Shown here: positions 1 to 9,752 of the stretch, piece after piece
How the letters are laid out: each line of letters begins with the position of its first letter
Numbering within the stretch: the first letter of the stretch is position 1
From: Candidatus Altiarchaeota archaeon
Lineage (GTDB): Archaea > Altiarchaeota > Altiarchaeia > IMC4 > SCGC-AAA252-I15
Assembly: GCA_041306075.1 (NCBI GenBank)
Contig: JBFYKH010000027.1
Location: forward strand, 4,226 to 68,225
DNA: 64,000 nt
Direction of reading: 5' to 3'
The notes under the pieces: generated by a model
What the model saw: the letters and a program-made list of their open reading frames with translations, nothing else
Told to the model about the DNA's origin: nothing
The model's database searches: none
Position numbers and translations under genes: made by a program

Positions 1-832
1 GCTCCCGGGTGGCGTCCGCGACGTCCTGGACCGTGTGGCCGCGGTCGATGAGCCGGTACACCTCGTCGTCCGGGTTCTGGACGCCTATCTCCACCCGCGT
101 GACCCCGAAGTCGAGCATGAAATTTATCTGCTCCGCCCGCGCCCAGTCCGGCCGCGGCTCGAACGTTATGCCGACGCAGCGGACGGCCGCCGTCTCGTTC
201 GTCTCCTGGACGTCCTCCCTGTACCTGAACGTCCTGGCGGACGCCCTGTAGTCCTCGATGAACCTGCCTTCGCCGTCCGCTTTCAGCCTCAGGTGGTTCA
301 CCTGGAAGTCGTTCATGGCGCGGACGCACTCCTTCACGAACCAGTCCTGGTAGTCGAGGGTCTGCGCGGTGAGGGTGCCGCCCATGACTATCAGCTCCGC
401 CTTGTCGACCGGGTGGCCTATGCTCTTGAGCTGGTGGAGCCTGAACGTCGTCTGAAGGTACGGGTCGAAGCCGTGCTGTATCGCCCGGCGGGTGGCGGGC
501 TCCTTCCCGGTGTAGCTCTGCGGCACCTCCAGGTCCGGGCCGCCGGGGCAGTACCTGCACCTGCCGTGGGGGCATTTGCTCGGCGCCGTCATGGCGGCGA
601 CGACTGCGACGCCGCTTATCGTCCTCGTCGGCTTCTTCTGGAGGAGGTGGATGACGAGTCGGCGCTCCTCCTCTGACGCCGTCTTCAGGATGTCGCTGTT
701 TCTGATGTACCGGTTCAGGCCAAGGGCCACCGACGCCACCCGTTTCCGCTCCTCGAGCTCCTGGCGGGAGGAGACCGCACCCGACAGTATCTCCGCGATT
801 ATCCTGCGGTACTCCGGCGTCTCCTCGTCCAT
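1..832 (-). CDS. elp3: Elongator Elp3-like radical SAM/GNAT tRNA modification enzyme (3' portion runs off window start)
   Basis: Minus-strand translation from ATG at 832 gives MDEETPEYRRIIAEIL... with CRYCPGGPDLEVPQSYTGKEPATRRA (Elp3 radical SAM signature); the frame has no stop to position 1, so it is partial and absent from the ORF track. Confidence 0.8.
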   Translation of the reverse strand, partial: MDEETPEYRRIIAEILSGAVSSRQELEERKRVASVALGLNRYIRNSDILKTASEEERRLVIHLLQKKPTRTISGVAVVAAMTAPSKCPHGRCRYCPGGPDLEVPQSYTGKEPATRRAIQHGFDPYLQTTFRLHQLKSIGHPVDKAELIVMGGTLTAQTLDYQDWFVKECVRAMNDFQVNHLRLKADGEGRFIEDYRASARTFRYREDVQETNETAAVRCVGITFEPRPDWARAEQINFMLDFGVTRVEIGVQNPDDEVYRLIDRGHTVQDVADATRE

Positions 833-1050
833 CAGCAAAGAATATGACTAGCCGGTAAAATAACCGGTATGTGAGGAATCGCGAGGTGGTGGTAGGTGGT
901 CAACAGCGTCCGAGAGTTCCCGCAGCTGATGCAGTACAGTCTCCTTCGCTGGAGGTCTTAACTTCTGCGTTCGGAACGAGTGCAGGTGGTGCCCCTCCGC
1001 TATGGCCGTTGACCGACTATATAATAAGCAGGACCACTATAAAAGCACCT

Positions 1051-1797
1051 ATGTCCGTGCCCGTCAACCATCCCCGGAAGGCGTCCCTGGACGTGCGCCA
1101 CAGGCTCACGGAAGGGCTTGGGGGGGGTATCGTGGCGCCGGCGGGGCTGATTGCGCACGGCCGCGGCGAGGCGTTCGACTACCTTCTGGGGGAGAGGACG
1201 CCGGTGGAGGCTGCGCGCGCCGAGCGGGCGGCGGCGGCGCTCCTGTTGGCGGCCAGGCGGCCGGTAGTCTGCGTGAACGGGAACGTGGCGGCCCTCTGCC
1301 CTAGGGAGGTCGTAGCCTTGGCCTCCGCCGTAGGCGCTGAAATCGAGGTCAACCTCTTCTACAGGAGCCTGGGGAGGGAGAGGCGGATTAGGAGGGTGCT
1401 CATGGATGCGGGAGCCAGGAGGGTCTGGGGCGTGGGCTCAAGGGGCAGGACCGTGCCGGGGCTCTCGTCCGAGAGGGCTCGCGCCGACAAGCCGACGGTG
1501 GAGGCCGACGTCGTCCTGGTCATGCTCGAGGACGGCGACAGGACCGAGTGCCTGAGGAGGATGGGCAAGAGGGTCGTCGCCGTAGACTTGAATCCGCTGT
1601 CGAGGACCGCGAGGAAGGCTTCGCTGACGATAGTCGACAACGTCGTGCGGGCGCTGCCGAGGATGACGGATTATGCGCGGGCGATGGGGGCGTGGGACCA
1701 TGGCAGGCTCAAGGCAGCCTACAGGGGATTCGACAACAAGGCTAACCTGCGCCTGGCCGAATCCAGGATTAGGGGCGGATTCAGGCGCCGCCGATAA
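1051..1797 (+). CDS. archaeal 4-phosphopantoate--beta-alanine ligase (phosphopantothenate synthetase, COG1701/DUF137)-like
   Basis: MSVPVNHPRKASLDVRHRLTEGL...LIAHGRGEAFDYLLGE recalled as an archaeal PPS motif; internal Met at 1051 chosen because upstream ORF part is low-complexity. Confidence 0.45.
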   Translation: MSVPVNHPRKASLDVRHRLTEGLGGGIVAPAGLIAHGRGEAFDYLLGERTPVEAARAERAAAALLLAARRPVVCVNGNVAALCPREVVALASAVGAEIEVNLFYRSLGRERRIRRVLMDAGARRVWGVGSRGRTVPGLSSERARADKPTVEADVVLVMLEDGDRTECLRRMGKRVVAVDLNPLSRTARKASLTIVDNVVRALPRMTDYARAMGAWDHGRLKAAYRGFDNKANLRLAESRIRGGFRRRR

Positions 1798-1802
1798 CGG
1801 GT

Positions 1803-2408
1803 TCAGTGCCGCTTCACAGAGTACTTTGACCCGCGTAGGAGGGCGTCGTAGTCCGGAGACACCTCGTTGCCTAGGAAGCGGTAGCTGATAGTCGTGGGCT
1901 TGTATTTCTCGGCGAACAGCCTGAGGGCGTCCGTGAGGGCGTCGGTGCCGGACTTGTCAGGCCTGCCCTCCATCGAATAGTAGAATAGGAGCCGTGACAT
2001 GCCGCCTGTGTGGGTCGCCGTCATCGTCCACACGCCGTCCGGGGGGTACACGGAATCGTCCTCGTACTGCATGAGGTTCCGCCTTGACTCCAAGACGTCT
2101 TTCGCCCGTGCGCTGCCCGGGTCTTCGAGGAGTGCCTTCATGTCCGGGTCGTAGTGCGAGTCAATCCTCGGCTGCTTCAGGCCGAACCTGCCTATCAGCC
2201 ACTCCCGCCTCTCCCTGAAAGCCTCCGGCCGGTCGTCCCCGTAAGTGTAGGTGACTAAGTCGAGGAACTGCTTTTCTTGGCTGCGTTCGCCGACGGCCCC
2301 GCCTTCTTTGGCGAGGGGGTTGACAGCCCGCAGGAACGGGTCCATGGGGGCCGGAAACGCCGGGAAGGCCTCCCGCTGGTCGTTCCGGCTACTGTCTTTC
2401 AGCGGCAT
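1803..2408 (-). CDS. hypothetical protein
   Basis: 201-aa ORF with protein-like composition; no recognised motif. Confidence 0.4.
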   Translation of the reverse strand: MPLKDSSRNDQREAFPAFPAPMDPFLRAVNPLAKEGGAVGERSQEKQFLDLVTYTYGDDRPEAFRERREWLIGRFGLKQPRIDSHYDPDMKALLEDPGSARAKDVLESRRNLMQYEDDSVYPPDGVWTMTATHTGGMSRLLFYYSMEGRPDKSGTDALTDALRLFAEKYKPTTISYRFLGNEVSPDYDALLRGSKYSVKRH

Positions 2409-2431
2409 TTGTATATTACGGGGCGGGTCCG

Positions 2432-3202
2432 CTATTTAACCGTCCATCTGGCGAGCATCTCCTCCTCAAGGTAGTGGAGTCTGCCCGGGACTATCAGTGT
2501 CTGAGGTGGGCCTCCGAAATCCTCCAAGGCCAGTTTCGCCGCCGGCCCGCACCTTATGAGCGCGTCTTCCCCGCCGAGGCGGGCGGCTCCCACGCAGAGC
2601 GTTTCAGCGTCGAATACGCCCTGTTTCTTCCCGGCCTCCATCCGCTCAAGGAGGAGTATGGCCTCCGGCGCTGTCATGTGCCGATTCTCCTCGGCCTTCA
2701 CGTCGAGGAGGCATAGTGTGTGGAGGCCCCTGGCCTTGTTCTCGGCGAGGTAGTCGTAGGGGCTGGCGGGGAAGTACGTCCCCTCGGGGTACGCTATCGT
2801 CACCGTCCTGCCGAACTTGTAGAGTTGGAGGCCTGTTTCGGCGACCGCCGACTGGATGGACGACGAGTGTATCACCCTCGCCTTGAAGCCCGCCTTCACG
2901 GCCCGGAGTATGAGGTCCGAGTGTGTGGTGGCGGCGAGCGGGTCACCGAGGACGAGGAGGGCTGCGGCGCCGCCCTTGAGGACGTTGTCTTCCGGACGTT
3001 CCTCTAGGTCCTTCCGCGAGAGGTGGACTATCTCCTTGCCGGCGAGCCTGGACAGCTCCTTGAGGCTGCCGTTGAAAAAGCTGGTGTAGGATTCGAAGTA
3101 AACCCTATCCGCATCCTTCAGGGCCTGAAGCCCCTTGAGGCTCAGGTCCCCCTCGTCATGGAGGCCGAGGCCTATGAGCCACAGCGTTTTCCCATTTTTC
3201 AT
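2432..3202 (-). CDS. dphB: diphthine synthase (tetrapyrrole-methylase fold)
   Basis: N-terminus LWLIGLGLHDEGDLSLKGLQALKDADRVYFESYTS matches the diphthine synthase signature; length 256 aa. Confidence 0.85.
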   Translation of the reverse strand: MKNGKTLWLIGLGLHDEGDLSLKGLQALKDADRVYFESYTSFFNGSLKELSRLAGKEIVHLSRKDLEERPEDNVLKGGAAALLVLGDPLAATTHSDLILRAVKAGFKARVIHSSSIQSAVAETGLQLYKFGRTVTIAYPEGTYFPASPYDYLAENKARGLHTLCLLDVKAEENRHMTAPEAILLLERMEAGKKQGVFDAETLCVGAARLGGEDALIRCGPAAKLALEDFGGPPQTLIVPGRLHYLEEEMLARWTVK

Positions 3203-3282
3203 CCTGGTGTTAGGTATGTAAGCGGTCGCTATTTATAGTCATGCGGCAAAGTGGTAAGACATGTTTTTTTCTGCGGTGGCTT

Positions 3283-3636
3283 ATGGCGTTTGAAGTCGTC
3301 GTCGAGAGGGTGGCGTACGTCAGGGACGTGCCGTTGGAGCTGACAGTGAAGGCCTTGGAGTGCGGGGTCTTGCGCAGGGGCTCGGTTGTTGGCCTGGACG
3401 TTAGGCCGGCCCAGGAGCCGGGCAGGCCTGTCTCCCTGGAGGTCATGCTGGACGACGACAGGCAGGCGGAGCTCATTAGGCCAGGTCTGACGCTGCCTGT
3501 CGAGGAGGGCTCCGGGACGCTCAGGCTCTCCGGCGATTGGGGGCTGTACATGCCCAGGGACGCTTCACCCGCGCCAGGAGAGGCCGACGTGGACTTCGGC
3601 GGCTCAAGGAGGAGGCCGACGCCGCAGGCGCTCTGA
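3283..3636 (+). CDS. hypothetical small protein
   Basis: ORF starting MAFEVVVERV; TATA-like ctatttatag ~45 nt upstream; divergent from dphB. Confidence 0.3.
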   Translation: MAFEVVVERVAYVRDVPLELTVKALECGVLRRGSVVGLDVRPAQEPGRPVSLEVMLDDDRQAELIRPGLTLPVEEGSGTLRLSGDWGLYMPRDASPAPGEADVDFGGSRRRPTPQAL

Positions 3637-3898
3637 AAGGGCCTATAGTTGATGGAACGCCGCCTTGTCGTTTTTCGTGAATGGTCGGATATTCGACTTC
3701 GTGCCGAATTTATCGGCAGGCAGCGCTGCGGATTCTGAGGCTGTGCACATCACCATTTCGTTGTGGTTCCTGGCAGATCTGTTTTTGGGTTCCTGTGGGG
3801 GTTGGCGTGCGACCTTGCCAGCAGGTAGAGTCTTGTCCATTTTAGGGTTATGGGTGGGGGCTATAGGAACTAAAGGTATGTGGAAACATGGTTTGATT

Positions 3899-3942
3899 AA
3901 AATAAAAAGAAAAAGGGTTTGAACCCCCTTTCGGGGGTTCAA
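3899..3942 (-). terminator. hairpin + oligo-T terminator of the S-layer gene
   Basis: On minus strand: ttgaaccccc-gaaa-gggggttcaa perfect 10-bp stem followed by cccttttTctttttTatttt T-tract, immediately 3' of stop at 3955. Confidence 0.6.
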
Positions 3943-3954
3943 GGCTCGTCAGTC

Positions 3955-6747
3955 CTAAGCGTGGACGTTCGACTGTAGCCAGGATATCAGGGCGTTGCCC
4001 GCGTCGACCGTGTCGGCTGCGGTCCAACCTGCCACGTACACTTTGTTGCCGTCCTTCTTGACGACGTACTGGCCGGTTGCTGCCTGTATCTCCTCTTTGG
4101 CTACGCCGGAGAGGCCGTTGACTGCCGGACCGCCAACAACCACTAGGTTCTTGGTCGTGTCTGCGGCTATCTCGGGTACGACCAGGTTTCCGACGATTGG
4201 GTTCACCATCACGGATGTGGCGGTGACGCCTGTCGTGGAGACCCCGAACTCCTTAACCAGGTACGTGCAGCATCCGACTGTCTTCTCGGTGCCTTCGTCT
4301 GCCTTGGTTATGGTCGTGTCGATGGTCGTGGCCTGCTCGCTGGTTCCGACGAAGACGGTCGCGTAGACCCTGTCCTGCGGCTGGCATATTGTGACAGCTT
4401 CGACTTCTCGGGTTCCCCCGTAGTCGATTGTCGCAATTGTGCCTCCTTCAGGTAGGATGGCTACTGTGTCTTCCTCGTCCTGCCAGACGCCAGAGTACTC
4501 GCCGTCAGCGTCTCCGCTGTCGGGTGCGCCCCAAGCGCCGGTCGCGATGCCTTGGTCGACTGCACTCGTCCATACTCCTTGGCTGTAGTATGTCTCGAGC
4601 GTCTCGTCCGTCCAGTTCCTGTCGTAGAAGTCGATGAGGAGGAACTCCCCTTCGCCGTTCTCGAACTGGATGAGGCGGTCGTCTACGTTCGGCAACCGGT
4701 CTGCGTTCAGGTCTGTCCCGTCTGGGCTGTCGGTGTCCTCGTTGATAACGGTCATGTCGAGGCTGCCTTCGTCAAGTTCGAACTTGTTGAGGGTCTCGCC
4801 ATTCGCGCTGAAGATGCCTTCGTTTATGCCCAGCTTAACGCCGTCCAAATCGGCCGGGACGTTCTCCGGGTCGTCGTCGGTAATCATACCGTTCGGTAGC
4901 AGGTAGATGTCCGAGCCGTCGTAGAGGATGGATATGTCATACAACGTCGCGAGGTCAATCCCGATGAAGACGTCTGTGTCTTCTTCGTTGTCGTTCGGGG
5001 TTATCTCGTCCAGCTCGTCGTCGTTCTCAGAGCTGTCCTCGAACGCGTACTCCTGGAACGAGAACGGGGTCGATGACGACACCGCGCTCAGCTCGTACGT
5101 GTTCTTCCCGCCGCCTAGGAGGTCCTTCAAAGTCAGCTTCATTATGGTCGGGTCGTTGTCCGGCTGGCTGGCTTCGTCGTACTCGTAGACCTTTCCGGCG
5201 ATGACGAACTGGTCACCGCGGGCGAATGGCCCCTGGTCGATGTAGACTCCGTTGTACCTCTGCCCGTCGTCGCCTGTGAAGCTGAGTAGGCCGCGGCTCT
5301 TTCCTTCGCGCTCTACCTTTATGTCGCCTTCACCTGCGCCCGAGCATGGGCTTTCTACGAAGTCGTTTGTCCTGTAGCCGACGAATTCGAGCTTGTATGT
5401 GCTCGGGAAGTCTAGCGACTCGCCGACGCCCAGCTCGACTGCGTGCCTGTACTGGACCGTGATGTTCTCCAGGACCATGCCGACGGTTACGTCGTTGTAG
5501 TCGCTGATGTCGACTTCGGCTGCCCAGGCAACTTCATCGTCCGCGTCAACGGACGTCATGGTTACCTTCCAGTACTTCTTCACTTCGCCGCCCAGTTCCA
5601 TGTCCTTGCCGTCTTCCAATAGGATGTTCGTGGTCGTGTCGTAGACGATGATGCTTGCCGTGGCTACTGCGTCAGCTTCTTCTGCGTAGACGCCCGCAAT
5701 CTCTATGTCGTCGACGATTCCGTTCGCCATCTTGGATATCTGGGTCTGGACTATGGTCCCGTCAGGCTTCTCCACGTCAAGTAGTATACCGGCTACCTGG
5801 TACTCCTCTGAGTATATCAGGTGGTCTATCTTGAACTTGTATCCCATGTACTCCGAGGTGTATCCCTCTGAGGATATGTCGTCCAAGATCTTGCCCTTCG
5901 CTAGGTATATCTTGTCGTCGCCCTGGATGTTCTTGGTGTAGTACTCTTCGCCGAAGAGGATGAACTGCCCCCTCCACTCGAAGTCTATTTCACCGTCTGC
6001 GGTTCCGTCCGTCAGCTTGTTCATCGGGATGTACCCGGTGTCAAGGTTGTACGTCACGGCCTTCGAGTCTATCTTCAGCTCGAGCTTCTCCGCGTCGTCG
6101 GTCCCCAGGCCTGCTTCGTACCAGTGGAGCTTCGTGTAGTCGATTGTTATCGACTCTTCCATCGTGTGCTCCGGGTTCTGGAGGGCTGAGAGACATAGGG
6201 TTTCACAGAACAGGCAGTGTACGTTGTTGTACGTGCCTTTCTTCAGTATCCCTGCCTCTGTCCTCTCCTGCTGGTCGCATGCCAGGCTGTACGACACGAA
6301 CTCTCCGCGCTCGTACTCTACGACGTCAAGGTCTCCTTCAGCGAACTGTAGACCCGTGTTGTCGTCGTAGAAGTCCATCTCGCTGTTCGTGTCGAGGTTC
6401 ACGGCTATCAGGTCAGAGTTCTGGTCCTGCTCGTACTTGCCCGTGGCTCCCCTCGCTGAGACGCCAAGCACTACCTGGCCGCTGGACTCTCCGCCAGAGG
6501 CTGACGCTTGCGCGCTCTTGTACGCTAGGTTTCCGATGACGGCTGCGATGTTGCCCGCAGCTACGGCGTCGGTCGCCATTCCCTTTTCCCCTACGACGAT
6601 TTGGACTATAGGGTTATAGCCCGCATCGTAGAAGAAATCCTTGGTCAATCCCGTGCTGTCCATACCGGCACTTACTGCGCCTGAGACCGCTGCCCCAAGC
6701 ATCACAGCGCCTGCCGCGATGGAACCCACGCGTTTCAAGGTTTTCAT
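3955..6747 (-). CDS. S-layer (surface) glycoprotein, secreted
   Basis: 930 aa with N-terminal signal peptide (MKTLKRVGSIAAGAVMLGAAVSGAVSAG); very acidic and Thr/Ser/Asn/Tyr-rich with many N-x-S/T sequons; no internal TM; AGGAGGT Shine-Dalgarno 8 nt upstream; dedicated terminator. Confidence 0.7.
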   Translation of the reverse strand: MKTLKRVGSIAAGAVMLGAAVSGAVSAGMDSTGLTKDFFYDAGYNPIVQIVVGEKGMATDAVAAGNIAAVIGNLAYKSAQASASGGESSGQVVLGVSARGATGKYEQDQNSDLIAVNLDTNSEMDFYDDNTGLQFAEGDLDVVEYERGEFVSYSLACDQQERTEAGILKKGTYNNVHCLFCETLCLSALQNPEHTMEESITIDYTKLHWYEAGLGTDDAEKLELKIDSKAVTYNLDTGYIPMNKLTDGTADGEIDFEWRGQFILFGEEYYTKNIQGDDKIYLAKGKILDDISSEGYTSEYMGYKFKIDHLIYSEEYQVAGILLDVEKPDGTIVQTQISKMANGIVDDIEIAGVYAEEADAVATASIIVYDTTTNILLEDGKDMELGGEVKKYWKVTMTSVDADDEVAWAAEVDISDYNDVTVGMVLENITVQYRHAVELGVGESLDFPSTYKLEFVGYRTNDFVESPCSGAGEGDIKVEREGKSRGLLSFTGDDGQRYNGVYIDQGPFARGDQFVIAGKVYEYDEASQPDNDPTIMKLTLKDLLGGGKNTYELSAVSSSTPFSFQEYAFEDSSENDDELDEITPNDNEEDTDVFIGIDLATLYDISILYDGSDIYLLPNGMITDDDPENVPADLDGVKLGINEGIFSANGETLNKFELDEGSLDMTVINEDTDSPDGTDLNADRLPNVDDRLIQFENGEGEFLLIDFYDRNWTDETLETYYSQGVWTSAVDQGIATGAWGAPDSGDADGEYSGVWQDEEDTVAILPEGGTIATIDYGGTREVEAVTICQPQDRVYATVFVGTSEQATTIDTTITKADEGTEKTVGCCTYLVKEFGVSTTGVTATSVMVNPIVGNLVVPEIAADTTKNLVVVGGPAVNGLSGVAKEEIQAATGQYVVKKDGNKVYVAGWTAADTVDAGNALISWLQSNVHA

Positions 6748-6842
6748 TTCGTTGCTTACCTCCTTTTTGTTTTAGCTTGCTGAAAAACTTCCTCTGGGAC
6801 ATGGTGTCCCCTAGGGTGTTTCAGACACAATGAATTTAACGC

Positions 6843-6862
6843 GGCCCTATATATAATTTAAG
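6843..6862 (-). promoter_or_regulatory. BRE/TATA promoter of S-layer gene (about 80-nt 5' UTR)
   Basis: Minus-strand ccttaaattatatataggg about 100 nt upstream of the ATG at 6747. Confidence 0.4.
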
Positions 6863-6950
6863 GCGTACGGTAGGGGTCATATGCCGATTTTATAGGAAAT
6901 AACGTCCGAGCGTTCCTTTTTTGAGTAAAAAACGTTCATTTCATCCTTTT

Positions 6951-8015
6951 TCATTCTAGAACCCATGTTTTGAACTTAATCCACTTTAAACGGCCTTCTT
7001 CTCTTCTCTCTATCATATTCCTCTTCTCAAGGTGCTTAAGTATGTCTGAAAGGCTTGATTTAGGTATTCCAGTGGTTTTATAGATATACGCCTGAGTCAC
7101 CTCATCATCAGTCGACTCCTCCAGGAGCCGTATGATGGAGGCCTCGTTCTCATCCAGCATGTTCAATATCGACTCCTTCACCCTTTTGGCCCCGCGGGGC
7201 GCATTTGAGGCGGAATCCAGTTCATACGACACTGAGGCGCCGTCCGTCTTGGACTCCGCCACTATGTCGCTTACGACATTGACCGTCATCCTCTCCCCGT
7301 CAACCCTTTTAGCCTTGACTCTGCCCCTTACGTAGAGGAATGTCGCTGAGAGGGCAACCAAGGCGGTTAAAGCCAGTATAAGACCGTAGAGCGTCCTTGA
7401 GCTGATGTTTCCAGGCCAGTGGGCAGGCAGGGTCGTCGTCGCGAGCGGCGATTTGACGCCGTTGTACTGGTACGATGCCGTGAAGTTGTAGTTCGATTCC
7501 TGGGGGTACACCCAGAACCCGTCCTCCACGTATGTGCGCAGCACGCTCTCAGGCTTCAGGGATTCGAGCTTCGAGCCTTCCGGGAGCTTTACGCGGATTA
7601 CGGTCTTCCTGGGGGTTGCGGCCGTGGCCATCTGGAAAGACCATAATTCCGCGTTCTTGGCGGTGTAGTAGTGGGTCCCGTAAGTCAGAGTCACTGCCTT
7701 GGTCGTCTTGGGTTGCAGCCGCTCCCTGAGGCTTATCTTGACGGCTTTGAAGCCGTCTATTTCCGCGGCCTCATAGGTCAGGTTTCCAGTATCGTCCGCC
7801 ACATTAAGGTCTGCGGCATGGTCGGGTATCTTGACTATGGAGTAGTCGACCTCCCCCTCGACTATCACCCTCTCCACGACAGTGGAGTAGCCGTCGCCTG
7901 AGACCTCCACGTTTATGTCGCTTATGGTGTCCGCGGACGCCTGGGTTGCGAGCAGTAGGAGCGTTATCAGGCTGGCGGACGCTCGGGGGCTAGTCCGTTC
8001 CAAACATCTCCTCAT
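6951..8015 (-). CDS. membrane-anchored transcription regulator: signal peptide + extracytoplasmic domain + 1 TM + C-terminal winged HTH (TrmB/MarR-like)
   Basis: N-terminus MRRCLERTSPRASASLITLLLLATQASA (signal); TM LYGLILALTALVALSATFLYV at ~residue 205; C-terminus ILNMLDENEASIIRLLEESTDDEVTQAYIYKTTGIPKSSLSDILKHLEKRNMIERREEGRLKWI is a wHTH. Confidence 0.6.
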   Translation of the reverse strand: MRRCLERTSPRASASLITLLLLATQASADTISDINVEVSGDGYSTVVERVIVEGEVDYSIVKIPDHAADLNVADDTGNLTYEAAEIDGFKAVKISLRERLQPKTTKAVTLTYGTHYYTAKNAELWSFQMATAATPRKTVIRVKLPEGSKLESLKPESVLRTYVEDGFWVYPQESNYNFTASYQYNGVKSPLATTTLPAHWPGNISSRTLYGLILALTALVALSATFLYVRGRVKAKRVDGERMTVNVVSDIVAESKTDGASVSYELDSASNAPRGAKRVKESILNMLDENEASIIRLLEESTDDEVTQAYIYKTTGIPKSSLSDILKHLEKRNMIERREEGRLKWIKFKTWVLE

Positions 8016-8484
8016 AGAGGCGCCTCCTCTCAGGGTCCTTGAACATGGCTATCAGCTGCTGGCTGTACATGTGAACGAAATCTGAGACGTCGGCCACGAG
8101 CGAGTGCATCTGCTCCGAGTCCAGTTTCACGTCAGACGGCTCCATTATCTCCACGGCGGATGGGCCGTACCGGATTATCGCGTTGACGAACCACCGGTAG
8201 TCGTCAGCCACCACCTTCACTTCGGCAACCCCCGAGAATATCGTCATCCCCTTCTTCTCGGCCTTCTCCTTCATTATATCGTACATTTTGACCTCGAGGA
8301 GGCTTATGTGCTCCTCCTTGGCCATCCTGTTGAAGACGGTCGCATCCAGGGCTTTTTTGGCTGATTCAAGCTCGTTTCCCTGGACGCCTATGTAGAGGCG
8401 GGCGAGGATTCCGCCTTCCCCGAGCTTCCCGTCCACGTCCAGGTCCTCGTTGAACGCCTTCGTGAAAATCGGCTTGTCTGCCAT
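7990..8484 (-). CDS. hypothetical protein
   Basis: 164-aa ORF MADKPIFTKAFNEDLDVDGKLGEGG...; balanced composition; no motif recognised. Confidence 0.45.
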   Translation of the reverse strand: MADKPIFTKAFNEDLDVDGKLGEGGILARLYIGVQGNELESAKKALDATVFNRMAKEEHISLLEVKMYDIMKEKAEKKGMTIFSGVAEVKVVADDYRWFVNAIIRYGPSAVEIMEPSDVKLDSEQMHSLVADVSDFVHMYSQQLIAMFKDPERRRLYEEMFGTD

Positions 8485-8607
8485 GGTATGGTTACCTATA
8501 GCCTCCAGGCCCTTATAAGGCGCCGCCCGTATTTTTTACTTGCGCCGGCATATTCTAATACATGGACGCGGACGCTCTGGAGCGCCTGAACTGGGGGCGG
8601 GGCATGG

Positions 8608-9054
8608 ATGGCTGAGCTTCTCGCCGACATCAAGCTCCGCTGGTACGACGACTCCGCGCTGATGGAGGATGAGCCTCGAAGGCTCCTTGAGCTGTTCATG
8701 GACTCGATAGGCGTCACCTCGGACGTGGCCTGCGACGTCATGGAGGTACTCCTCATGTCGAGGGCTAGGGACCTGCCCCTCACCACCGGCGAGGTGAAGA
8801 TGGGGGTTGTGGAGCTGAGGCGCAGGAGGAGCGTGAAGGACCCGGACTTCGGCATGACGGACAGGAACATACAGATTTGGCTGAAATACTTCGAGCGAAT
8901 CGGCTTCCTGGACGAGCTCGGAGGGAAACACCGCTTCAGCGGCAACAAGAGGCCCTCCGACGCCTTCAAGAAGACCAGGGAGGTCGTAGCGGAAAGCCTG
9001 AGGTACAGCGAAAAGCTGGTCGGGAAGCTTGAGGCGACCTACCGGATAAGATGA
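8608..9054 (+). CDS. hypothetical protein
   Basis: 148-aa ORF; stop overlaps the start of the next gene (ATGA at 9051). Confidence 0.45.
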   Translation: MAELLADIKLRWYDDSALMEDEPRRLLELFMDSIGVTSDVACDVMEVLLMSRARDLPLTTGEVKMGVVELRRRRSVKDPDFGMTDRNIQIWLKYFERIGFLDELGGKHRFSGNKRPSDAFKKTREVVAESLRYSEKLVGKLEATYRIR

Positions 9055-9743
9055 ACTGCGGAAGATGCGGCCGGAAGGCCGTCTACGAGCTTAAGTACTC
9101 TGGGCAGGGCCTCTGCGGCAGGCATTTCACCGGCCTTTTCGAGCGGAGGGTTAAGAAGACCATAAGGGACGGCGGCCTCCTAGGGGACTATTCTGTCGCC
9201 GTGGCGGTGTCTGGCGGGGGCAACAGCATGGCGGCGTTGAGGATAATCCAGGGGATACTGGGGGGGAACCCTAAGGCGCGGCTTGCAGCCTGCACGGTCG
9301 ACGGCGACGGGGAGGCGGTTGAGGCTGCGAGACGGTACTCAGGCGTCCTCGGCGTCCCACACCATATCATAAAACGGAGTCGTGGCGGGCCGTTGGATGC
9401 GGTCTGCGGGTGGGCTGTGAGGCGCGGCTATGGGACGGTCGCCTCAGGGGAGAGCCTCGACCGCGTCGTCCGGGACTCGTTTGTCAGGCTCCTGTCCGGG
9501 AAGCCGGGGCCTGTTAAGTCGCGGAGGAAGACGGCGCTGGCGAGGGTCCTGGGGGCGTGTCTTTCAGATGAGGTGGACGCCTACGTCAGGCTGAACGGGA
9601 TACCGCATGTACCGGCTGGAAAGGGGACGGAGTCCATGGGACTTGCCGTCGACAGGCTCCTTGACGCCTTGGAGGAGAATCACCCCGGCATCAAATACCA
9701 GATGCTCCGCTCCCAGGAGGAGTTGGACGGCATCATCGGCTGA
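9051..9743 (+). CDS. PP-loop ATPase with N-terminal zinc ribbon (TtuA/NcsA-like tRNA thiolation family)
   Basis: N-terminus CGRCGRKAVY...CGRHF (Cys4-type finger) followed by the PP-loop variant AVSGGGNSMAAL. Confidence 0.55.
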   Translation: MNCGRCGRKAVYELKYSGQGLCGRHFTGLFERRVKKTIRDGGLLGDYSVAVAVSGGGNSMAALRIIQGILGGNPKARLAACTVDGDGEAVEAARRYSGVLGVPHHIIKRSRGGPLDAVCGWAVRRGYGTVASGESLDRVVRDSFVRLLSGKPGPVKSRRKTALARVLGACLSDEVDAYVRLNGIPHVPAGKGTESMGLAVDRLLDALEENHPGIKYQMLRSQEELDGIIG

Positions 9744-9752
9744 GGGGGGAAG

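Noticed and set aside
3643-3942. 99-aa minus-strand ORF (and 85-aa plus ORF) downstream of the S-layer gene
   Set aside because: Lies in the AT-rich terminator/intergenic region, low-complexity, no start context; more likely non-coding 3' flank.
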